Assembly: GCA_046293175.1 (NCBI GenBank)
Contig: JBKBPM010000002.1
Location: 83,176 to 147,175 of the forward strand
DNA from: Minisyncoccia bacterium
GTDB taxonomy: Bacteria > Patescibacteriota > Minisyncoccia > Phycocordibacterales > UBA918
Reading direction: 5' to 3'
DNA length: 64,000 nucleotides
Below, in pieces: positions 56,658 through 64,000 of this stretch. A program made the translations under genes and the position numbers. Position 1 is the stretch's first letter. Every line of letters begins with the position of its first letter. The notes below the pieces were generated by a model. It was not told the DNA's origin. It saw only the letters and a program-made list of their open reading frames with translations, and made no database searches.

Positions 56658-57614
56658 ATGTCGATAGAACTCATCAACAACCGCATAACATCGTTTACTC
56701 CTGAATACCGTGATTTTGTCATGAGTGACTTTAGTGATGTGGTTGCAGCGAAGATTGCTCAGAAAGAAAGCTTCGACGAAGATACCGAAACCGCCATCGC
56801 TAACATGATCTTTTTGTACACCATTCTGATCTTGAGTGACTACGAACTCACCGAAGCACTAGTGGCTGACTGCGGACTTGGGATGAATGAAGCCCTTCGT
56901 ATCACCAAGTCAATCCTCTCGACGATGCCGCCGGAGATGCTCGAAGCACAGCGTGATGCCTATGCCGAACTTATGAAAAGCGACAATCCGATTGATGAAA
57001 AGATCCGTCGCGATATTATTGCTGCCCAACCAGAACGACAAAAGCTTGTCTACCTATATACCAAAACCAATCCTCACCTCCGAGTACTTCTTGAACAATT
57101 TGCACTACCGGAAGAACAGGTAGAAGCCGGTATCATGCTCCTTGGTGATATCATCCTCGGTTTTTATCGAACTGAAGATACCGTACCACTCCTCCAGCAA
57201 GAACTCGGACTTGATCCAAAGACGGCAGCACTACTAGGAGCTGAAGTGCTCGAATTTTTGACGAGTATCACCGACCCCAACTGGCAACCACCGACTGATG
57301 CCCCTCGGATACAAGAAACACCCACTAATCAAGTACCCCTTAAAGCACCAGCCGGATTTACCACACCTACTCCTCTGGTCGTTGAACCATCTGCGGTTGT
57401 TGAACCAACTCCCGTCTACCAGCCAGCTCCAGTAGGGTATATGAGTACACCGACTCCTAATCCAACTCCTATTTACCAATCCACCCAACCAACACCGGCT
57501 CCAGTTCCACTCTCAACTATTCCAAGCTACACCCCAGCGCCAACCCCACCGACTCCTCCAGCACCAGCTCCGGCTCCGGCTCCCGATCGACCACGATGGA
57601 GCACGGAAATTTAA
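56658..57614 (+). CDS. Hypothetical protein with a Pro/Thr-rich C-terminus
   Basis: 318 aa, tightly coupled (5-nt gap) to the upstream gene. Confidence 0.4.
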   Translation: MSIELINNRITSFTPEYRDFVMSDFSDVVAAKIAQKESFDEDTETAIANMIFLYTILILSDYELTEALVADCGLGMNEALRITKSILSTMPPEMLEAQRDAYAELMKSDNPIDEKIRRDIIAAQPERQKLVYLYTKTNPHLRVLLEQFALPEEQVEAGIMLLGDIILGFYRTEDTVPLLQQELGLDPKTAALLGAEVLEFLTSITDPNWQPPTDAPRIQETPTNQVPLKAPAGFTTPTPLVVEPSAVVEPTPVYQPAPVGYMSTPTPNPTPIYQSTQPTPAPVPLSTIPSYTPAPTPPTPPAPAPAPAPDRPRWSTEI

Positions 57615-57728
57615 CCCATGAGAAGTTGCTGAGAAACAGCTAATACCAACTTTAGTATGAGTAATACCATCTATAGTTGTACAACTTTTGGTGTGACTTC
57701 TAACGGGGTGAATGTATAATAGACAGGT

Positions 57729-58142
57729 ATGCAGTTTGAAGTCCCACAGTTTATTGAAATCGAGGACAAAATCTTTGGTCCACTCACCTGGCGACAATTT
57801 CTCTATGTTGGTGGGGGAGGACTGATGGCTGTCGTACTCTTTTTAACCACACCCATCTTTGTCTTCTTGCTCCTTGGACTCCCAATTGGGATTGTCGCTT
57901 TTCTCCTCGCGTTTTATCCAGTGAATAACCGACCATTTTCACACCTCCTTGAAGCTATGTGGACATTTCTCACTCGTTCACGGGTGTACCATTGGCAGCG
58001 GAAGCAGGAAGTGATATATAAAGACGCACAACCAGTTTACGATGGTAGTGACAACCCCGCGCTTAGTGACACTCTCATGGGCAAAAAAGATATTGCCTCC
58101 TTAGCGCGGCGCCTCGAACTCGACGCAATGCAAAAAAAGTAA
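57729..58142 (+). CDS. PrgI-family (VirB3-like) T4SS membrane protein
   Basis: IEIEDKIFGPLTWRQFLYVGGGGLMAVVLFL followed by a second TM helix; about 137 aa. Confidence 0.55.
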   Translation: MQFEVPQFIEIEDKIFGPLTWRQFLYVGGGGLMAVVLFLTTPIFVFLLLGLPIGIVAFLLAFYPVNNRPFSHLLEAMWTFLTRSRVYHWQRKQEVIYKDAQPVYDGSDNPALSDTLMGKKDIASLARRLELDAMQKK

Positions 58143-58145
58143 TCC

Positions 58146-58769
58146 ATGGCTTCTTCTACTTCATCAACCCAAGATTTCGTACCAATCCGTGACGTCAAAA
58201 ACGGCGTGGTTTTTTTGAAAAATGGGCAACTGTGCAAAATCCTCCTCGCATCGTCTATCAACTTTGCGCTTAAATCCCGCGACGAGCAGCAAGCGATTCT
58301 GTTCCAGTTCCAAAACTTCCTTAATACGCTTGATTTTTCTCTCCAAATCTATGTGCAGTCACGTCGCCTTAATATCGAGCCATACCTTGCCACCTTGAAG
58401 TCTCTCGAGAGTATCCAGTACAGCGACCTTATGCGTGTACAGCTCCGCGAATACATCGAATTCATTCGCACCTTCACGACTGAAGTAGACGTGATGAGTA
58501 AAAACTTCTTTGTCGTGATTCCATACACCCCGCCAAAACTCGATTTTAAGAAGAGCTTCACCACTATCCTCTCCCAAGGGCGGGCGGTTGAAACCAATAC
58601 CCAAGACGAGCAACGACTCCAGCTCGAGCAGCGTCAGACTGTGGTGGAGCAGGGACTTAACCGTATTGGTGTGCGTACAATCGCACTGCAGGATGAAGAA
58701 CTGGTCGAATTATTTTATCACATTTATAATCCAAGTGATGTCACGGGCAGTGCACCAATGCGCCAATAA
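58146..58769 (+). CDS. VirB4/TrbE-family ATPase, N-terminal domain, encoded as a separate ORF
   Basis: DFVPIRDVKNGVVFLKNGQLCKILLAS... ; the stop TAA lies 2 nt before the next ATG (TAATTATG). Confidence 0.55.
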   Translation: MASSTSSTQDFVPIRDVKNGVVFLKNGQLCKILLASSINFALKSRDEQQAILFQFQNFLNTLDFSLQIYVQSRRLNIEPYLATLKSLESIQYSDLMRVQLREYIEFIRTFTTEVDVMSKNFFVVIPYTPPKLDFKKSFTTILSQGRAVETNTQDEQRLQLEQRQTVVEQGLNRIGVRTIALQDEELVELFYHIYNPSDVTGSAPMRQ

Positions 58770-58771
58770 TT

Positions 58772-60565
58772 ATGGGTATTTTTGATAACTTCAAACCAAA
58801 AAAAGAAGAAAACAATGTCGATATGAGCGACAGCCTGTTAACTCTAACCGACGTCGTTGCACCATCAGCCATTTCAATTACGCCTCGAAGCATTAATATC
58901 AGTGGTACGATGGCTCGAGTTTTTTATGCGGTGTCCTATCCGCGATACCTCACCGATGGGTGGCTCGAACCGGTTCTTAATATGGAGAAGGAGCTTGATG
59001 TATCTATCGTCATCCATCCAATTAACACTGCCGAAACACTCAAAAAATTCCAAAAGAAAGTGGCTGAAGTGCAAAGCCAAATCAACATGCGGGCTTCACG
59101 TGGGGAAGTACGTGACCCTCAACTTGAAGCGGCGTACCGAAACCTCGAGGATCTCCGTGACAAGCTTCAGCAGGCTGAAGAAAAGCTTTTTGATGTGGGA
59201 CTCTACGTGGCAATCTACGGAGAAAATGAAACCGTCCTCAACAAAGTAGAGAATGAAATCAAAGGTAGTCTTGATTCGCGTCTCATTTATATCAAACCAG
59301 CCCTCTTTAAACAGGAGCAGGGGATTCACAGTATTGTACCAACCGCCACTGACGAGCTCCTTGTCCATAGCAAGTTTAATTCCTCACCACTCTCTAGTTT
59401 CTTTCCGTTTACCTCCTTTGACCTTACTTCAGACAACGGTATCCTCTATGGTATCAACCGCCACAATTCGTCTTTGGTGCTCTTTGACCGCTTTAGTCTC
59501 ACGAACTACAACTCAGTAACTTTTGCTACCTCCGGGGCAGGGAAGTCCTACAGTATCAAACTTGAAATTCTTCGTTCACTGATGTTTGGATCAGAAGTAA
59601 TTGTGATCGACCCGGAGCGTGAGTATGAGTATTTGGCCGAAGCTACCGGTGGTCGGTTTTTCAATATCTCACTCTCCTCAAACCACCACATTAACCCGTT
59701 TGACCTCCCACCACCAGGGGCGGACGAGAACCCAGCTGATGTACTACGGTCCCAGGTAGTGCACCTCATCGGCTTATTCCGGTTAATGCTCGGAGGGTTG
59801 TCTCCTGAAGAGGAAACGATTATTGACCTCGCCATCCGAGAGACCTACGCCCTTAAGGACATCACTGAGCAAATCAACTTTGCTGACCTCGAACCACCAC
59901 TCTTGTCTGACTTTGAGATGGTGCTGGCTGGTATGAATGGCTCAGCATCACTGATTGCTCGTCTCCAGAAGTATACCTCTGGTACCTGGTCTGGCTTCAT
60001 GAACCAGCCGACCAACGTCGATATCAACCAAAAGTTCATTGTGTTTAGTCTCCGTGACATGGAAGATGAACTCAAGACCATCGCGATGTTCATCATCACG
60101 AACTTTATTTGGTCAGCGATTCGTCGTCGTCTCGTGAAGCGCCTTCTCGTTATCGACGAAGCTTGGTGGATGATGAAAAGTGAAGATACGGCCTCCTTCC
60201 TCTTTAGTCTCGCAAAGCGCGGACGAAAATACTACCTCGGTATTGCAACGATTACCCAAGACGTAGACGACTTCCTTCGCTCACCGTACGGCGTCCCAAT
60301 GATTACGAACTCATCGCTACAATTTTTGATGAAGCAATCACCAACCGCTATCGATAACATTCAGCGGACCTTTAACCTCACTGACGAAGAAAAGTACCTC
60401 CTCCTTGAGTCAGACGTCGGGGAAGGGCTCTTCTTCGTAGGTCTCAAACATGTCGCTATTAAAGTGATTGCCTCGTACACTGAAGACCAAATCATTACCT
60501 CTGATCCGTCACAGATTTTGAAAATTCAAAATGCAAAACGTGAGCTCGCAGATCGTGAGTTGTAA
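58772..60565 (+). CDS. VirB4/TrbE/CagE-family T4SS ATPase (C-terminal ATPase domain)
   Basis: Walker A ATSGAGKSYS, Walker B LLVIDEAWWMM, 597 aa. Confidence 0.85.
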   Translation: MGIFDNFKPKKEENNVDMSDSLLTLTDVVAPSAISITPRSINISGTMARVFYAVSYPRYLTDGWLEPVLNMEKELDVSIVIHPINTAETLKKFQKKVAEVQSQINMRASRGEVRDPQLEAAYRNLEDLRDKLQQAEEKLFDVGLYVAIYGENETVLNKVENEIKGSLDSRLIYIKPALFKQEQGIHSIVPTATDELLVHSKFNSSPLSSFFPFTSFDLTSDNGILYGINRHNSSLVLFDRFSLTNYNSVTFATSGAGKSYSIKLEILRSLMFGSEVIVIDPEREYEYLAEATGGRFFNISLSSNHHINPFDLPPPGADENPADVLRSQVVHLIGLFRLMLGGLSPEEETIIDLAIRETYALKDITEQINFADLEPPLLSDFEMVLAGMNGSASLIARLQKYTSGTWSGFMNQPTNVDINQKFIVFSLRDMEDELKTIAMFIITNFIWSAIRRRLVKRLLVIDEAWWMMKSEDTASFLFSLAKRGRKYYLGIATITQDVDDFLRSPYGVPMITNSSLQFLMKQSPTAIDNIQRTFNLTDEEKYLLLESDVGEGLFFVGLKHVAIKVIASYTEDQIITSDPSQILKIQNAKRELADREL

Positions 60566-60591
60566 TTCACGGATTGTAGTATACTGTCCGT

Positions 60592-61368
60592 ATGGCGACT
60601 AAAGGCTACACCGACTACGAGCCAGTAAATGGTGCATATCCGGGTGTTTCCGGTGATTTCATAAATGAACAGCATAGCCGCCGGGGTTTTGGTGTGCAAA
60701 ACGTCAAAGCTGTAGCTAATGAAGCTACTCGCACATCAACCTCCAAGACTCTTCGCTATGTTGGTGATCGAGCCCAATCATATGGTAGATACCTCCAAGA
60801 CCGTAGTGACGAGCTCGAAGAACTACCTGTTGCCGGTAAAACAATGGCAAAAGCCAGGCGGCAAGCGGGACGGTTTATTGAACGAAGTGGCAAAGCCTCA
60901 AAGTTGACCTCTCGCTCACTCCTCACCGGCCGAGGGCGTACTGTCAGCACCGCCACCGGACGGGTTCAGGTTACCTTTGCGATGGGTTGGACGGGACTTC
61001 TGAACATTCTTTCACTTCCAGTTGGTATCATGGCACTTGCTGCTTTTGGTGGCGCCGCATTGGTAGCCGACACAACCGTTGGAGATATTGTTACTCTAGT
61101 AGTGTATTGGATGCTTGGACTTGAGTATTTTAATGTGTGGGTACTTGGTATTGGTCTCTATGTCCTCCATGCTTTTCTTATTATTACGATGTTTGCGGGG
61201 TCTTACATGCAACTAAAGTTGGGTGGGCTTGAACCCCTTGGTGGGCAAGCTACAGTAGCCAAAAATCTTACGTTTATTGGTGCTTTTGTTGTCTCCGCCA
61301 TACCTGGAACCACCTTTGTGCCCTGGATTTTTGCTTGGCTACTGATTGTCTGGTTATATCCCAACTAA
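60592..61368 (+). CDS. Hypothetical polytopic membrane protein
   Basis: Four C-terminal TM helices. Confidence 0.4.
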   Translation: MATKGYTDYEPVNGAYPGVSGDFINEQHSRRGFGVQNVKAVANEATRTSTSKTLRYVGDRAQSYGRYLQDRSDELEELPVAGKTMAKARRQAGRFIERSGKASKLTSRSLLTGRGRTVSTATGRVQVTFAMGWTGLLNILSLPVGIMALAAFGGAALVADTTVGDIVTLVVYWMLGLEYFNVWVLGIGLYVLHAFLIITMFAGSYMQLKLGGLEPLGGQATVAKNLTFIGAFVVSAIPGTTFVPWIFAWLLIVWLYPN

Positions 61369-61407
61369 TCTCTAAGTAGTAGGAGAGCATCTGATACAAT
61401 ATCTAGT

Positions 61408-62382
61408 ATGAAGTATCTCGTCTTCGTTACTCTCTTTTTTGTGAGTATTGTCGGGCAGGCAAACGCTCAATTTGATACAGGTTTTGTTGACCAAACCAGT
61501 GGTATCTCTGTGAGTCTTAGTCCCACTTACCCGGCACCAGGGGAGCGTGTGACAGCCACACTCGATGACTACGCAATTGGATCAGCGTTTAGCACTATTA
61601 CCTGGTTTCTCAATGGTACCGAAGTATCCGTTGCAAAAAATAGCCGTATGATGACTTTTGTGGCCCCAGCATTGGGTGAAAAACTCACCATTACTGTCAA
61701 ACTTACCTTACCGAGCGGCCTAACTATCGAAGCTAGTCAGTCAATTACTCCACTCTACACCGATGTTATTGTCGAACCACAGACCTACATACCGCGACAG
61801 TACCAGGGTCGCGCTCTTCCGAGTATTGGTAGTCTCGTACGAGCCACCGCGTTGGTGCAAGACGAGAATGGCTTTATCAATCCAGCTCTCCACTCGTATG
61901 TATGGAAACTTAATGGGACTGCGGTTGGTGGTGGCGGTCGCAATAACGGATTTCAAGTTGAATACGTTGTTCCCTACGGCCGCAACCACACCCTCACAGT
62001 TGAAGTGTACGACCGTACTGGACAGATGCTGACCCGCCGCGGCACGAACATTCAAACTGAGGATGTCGATTTGGTTTTGTATGAGGTCAATCCATTGTAT
62101 GGCAAGAGCAATATCGCAATTGGTGGACAACTCCAGTTCTTGTCTAACACACTTCAATTGCGCGCAGTACCTTACAACCTTGACCTTAGGTCGACTCCGC
62201 AAAATACCTTCTCGGAATGGCGTCTTGGTAATCGTGCCGTCGCTAGTGATACCACTAGTCCATTTGACCTAACACTTGAACGGACTGGCCAAGGTAAAAT
62301 ACCGGTCAATTTCAAGCTCCGTAATCGCGACGCTCTCCTCCAGGGCGGGGAAGTAAGTACTAGTCTCAATTTTGGTCTATGA
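61408..62382 (+). CDS. Secreted hypothetical protein
   Basis: Signal peptide MKYLVFVTLFFVSIVGQANAQ; its TGA stop overlaps the next start (ATGA). Confidence 0.4.
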   Translation: MKYLVFVTLFFVSIVGQANAQFDTGFVDQTSGISVSLSPTYPAPGERVTATLDDYAIGSAFSTITWFLNGTEVSVAKNSRMMTFVAPALGEKLTITVKLTLPSGLTIEASQSITPLYTDVIVEPQTYIPRQYQGRALPSIGSLVRATALVQDENGFINPALHSYVWKLNGTAVGGGGRNNGFQVEYVVPYGRNHTLTVEVYDRTGQMLTRRGTNIQTEDVDLVLYEVNPLYGKSNIAIGGQLQFLSNTLQLRAVPYNLDLRSTPQNTFSEWRLGNRAVASDTTSPFDLTLERTGQGKIPVNFKLRNRDALLQGGEVSTSLNFGL

Positions 62383-63539
62383 AACGTACGTATTTTTTCA
62401 TCGCTGGAGGAGTAATTATTTGTATACTCGTTGGTTTTTGGGTGTATAGCTTTTTATACGGGTCTCCAACGAATGATGGCTCAATTTTCACCAACCTTGG
62501 TATCTTTGGTCAAAATAACACCGAAGAAATCTACACCCCACCAGTGTCTGACGAACTTCCTACTGTTGATGTAAACACCGAAAAACTGCGTCAATTGACC
62601 ACCAAGCCCGTGATTGGAGCAAGGATTTTGGAAAAAAACGGGGTATTCCTCATCCGGTATGTTGAAGCTGGTACAGGGCACGTTTTTGATATTGACCTCG
62701 TGTCAGGTCAAGAGGTACGCGTCTCCCAAATCTCCGTGCCAGCAGCTGAAAAGGCAGCGGTTAGTCCAAACGGGAGCTATGTCGCAATTCGATCAGGATT
62801 GGGAAATGAAGGTCTTGTAACACTAATAAATCTCTCTGATACTACTAATCCGTCGAGTACAAATTTACCAAATCAAATGCGCACTTTTGCTTTTGGGTAT
62901 AACAATGAACTTCTTTTTACCGAAACTTCACTTGGACAAACAGAAGGGAAGGGCTATCTCCCGAGTACCGCCACAACCAGACGTCTCTTCACCGCTCCTT
63001 TTGTAGCCCACGAAATGGCTTGGAGTGAAAGTAGTACCACCAACCACATCATCTATACAAAGCCAGCAGCAAGTCAGATTGGCTACGCGTATGAGGTATC
63101 CGCCAGTGGCCTCAAACGTTTTCCATACAGTGGTTTTGGGATGACCATTAGCCAAAGTGGGGGAGTACGTTTTGTTGGTCGTATTATGGATGATGGTTAT
63201 CGGGCTGTTGTGATTAATGGAGCAGGCCAAATGAGTGAATCACCAGCCGCTTTAATTCCTGAAAAATGTGTCGCCGGTAATACCGGACGTGTAAGTCAAT
63301 TCTGTGCTAGTCCGTTTGAGCTCACAGAGCGTAATTTCCCTGATGCGTGGTACAAGGGGCAGTTTGTGAGTAATGATAATATTTGGGAAATTAATGGTAG
63401 CACGGCCACACTACTCGCTTTTCCAAGTCGCACAGTAGGAAGAAATCTCGACATTATTGATCTTCGTCTCAGTCAAGATGGGCGGATGATATACTTTATA
63501 AACCGTATTGATAACACACTCTGGCTTTATGAAATATAG
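62379..63539 (+). CDS. Membrane-anchored hypothetical protein (possible beta-propeller ectodomain)
   Basis: N-terminal TM helix FFIAGGVIICILVGFWVYSFL. Confidence 0.4.
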   Translation: MKRTYFFIAGGVIICILVGFWVYSFLYGSPTNDGSIFTNLGIFGQNNTEEIYTPPVSDELPTVDVNTEKLRQLTTKPVIGARILEKNGVFLIRYVEAGTGHVFDIDLVSGQEVRVSQISVPAAEKAAVSPNGSYVAIRSGLGNEGLVTLINLSDTTNPSSTNLPNQMRTFAFGYNNELLFTETSLGQTEGKGYLPSTATTRRLFTAPFVAHEMAWSESSTTNHIIYTKPAASQIGYAYEVSASGLKRFPYSGFGMTISQSGGVRFVGRIMDDGYRAVVINGAGQMSESPAALIPEKCVAGNTGRVSQFCASPFELTERNFPDAWYKGQFVSNDNIWEINGSTATLLAFPSRTVGRNLDIIDLRLSQDGRMIYFINRIDNTLWLYEI

Positions 63540-64000
63540 TCTCCTAGCAATTCTTTCGCTCTTGACCCTACCAGTAATTGCTTTGGCTGGAGGTAGTGAA
63601 GGTTATGTTCCACTGGTTGGTATTCCTGGCCTTACTGGTCAACCCAGATTTGATGATTATATTGATGCTCTGTATGCACTCGCTATCAGTGTGGCCGCAC
63701 TTATTGCGGTGATTCAAATTGTGATTGGTGGAGCGCAGTACATGATGGATGACCTCATTACAAGTAAAAGTGCTGCTAAAGAACGTATCAAAAACGCCCT
63801 CATTGGTCTCCTCATCATCATTGCCGCGGCTCTTATCCTTACGACTATTAATAGTGACCTGACTCGACTTGAAATCAGTGCACCGGTGATTGAAGTTGAT
63901 AATAGTAGACCAGACCCAGTTGAGGCTATCAATCGTGCAGAACAAGCAATCACTCGTAACACACAATGGGTTGAGAGTAATTGTCCATCATATGGAGGTG
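63528..64000 (+). CDS. VirB2/TrbC-like pilin-like protein, partial (runs off the window end)
   Basis: My own translation: MKYSLLAILSLLTLPVIALAGG...ALYALAISVAALIAVIQIVIGGAQYMM...IKNALIGLLIIIAAALILTTI, a signal peptide plus two hydrophobic helices. Confidence 0.4.

Noticed and set aside
58146-60565. Calling the split VirB4 a definite pseudogene
   Set aside because: The two ORFs are perfectly coupled (TAATTATG) and both are long and intact. Without read-level data I cannot tell a genuine two-gene VirB4 from a frameshift, so both are annotated as CDS.
1-64000. Alternative genetic code (code 25, UGA=Gly) as in some CPR lineages
   Set aside because: Long genes (pnp, uvrD, pilB, the Clp-like gene) are intact under code 11. 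Stops are mostly TAA, some TAG. TGA ends the ORF at 62382, and its ATGA overlaps the next start.

Overview
This 64 kb window is a gene-dense chromosomal segment with roughly 49% GC and short intergenic spacers. From the gene content I infer a reduced-genome, Patescibacteria/CPR-like (Saccharibacteria-like) bacterium. The standard genetic code (11) fits: TAA stops dominate, TGA is used as a stop at 62382, and the long ORFs are intact.

Housekeeping genes found:
- recJ (partial), a HIT hydrolase, pgk-tpiA, nusA, ppaC, tig followed by clpP, rny, pheA, hup, NUDIX genes, an S1 protease.
- An ECF sigma / anti-sigma-like pair, corA, cca, xthA, cspA, a ClpC-like AAA+ protein, rpsO, a NYN-domain gene, pnp.
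- dksA/traR-like, comM/yifB, a LysM-M23 peptidase, uvrD/pcrA, rsmA(ksgA).

Two surface-machinery loci:
- A type IV pilus operon on the minus strand (pilB-pilC, two prepilin-type proteins, a PilX-like protein) at 3.8-10.6 kb.
- A conjugative type IV secretion (T4SS)-like cluster at 52.6-64 kb: a VirB6/TrbL-like protein, a PrgI/VirB3-like protein, a split VirB4 ATPase, a pilin-like ORF and several secreted or membrane proteins.

The most unusual region is 21.3-31.4 kb. It holds four minus-strand tRNAs without encoded CCA: Gly-TCC, Pro-TGG, Gly-GCC and Arg-TCG. Three of them (both tRNA-Gly and tRNA-Arg) are followed by a long inverted repeat that mirrors the tRNA 3' end. Two tRNA-Gly genes each sit directly downstream of a paralogous HTH-plus-endonuclease-like gene. 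The same region contains truncated tRNA copies, a dispersed family of tRNA-3'-end-like repeats, a 126-bp tandem repeat (about 2.8 copies) and several pseudogenes. Together these look like an undescribed tRNA-targeting selfish or mobile module, or an integration hotspot.

Other observations:
- A roughly 55-bp element is conserved immediately upstream of the nusA and rny promoters.
- There are two candidate small RNAs, each with its own promoter and terminator (10.74-10.81 kb and 14.58-14.80 kb).
- An orphan XRE-HTH::Panacea (DUF4065) antitoxin-like gene is present.
- There is a membrane-anchored Clp-like AAA+ protein with a degenerate first ATPase domain.
- An ATGTCCTTTAT half-site occurs four times.

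No rRNA genes or CRISPR arrays are present.
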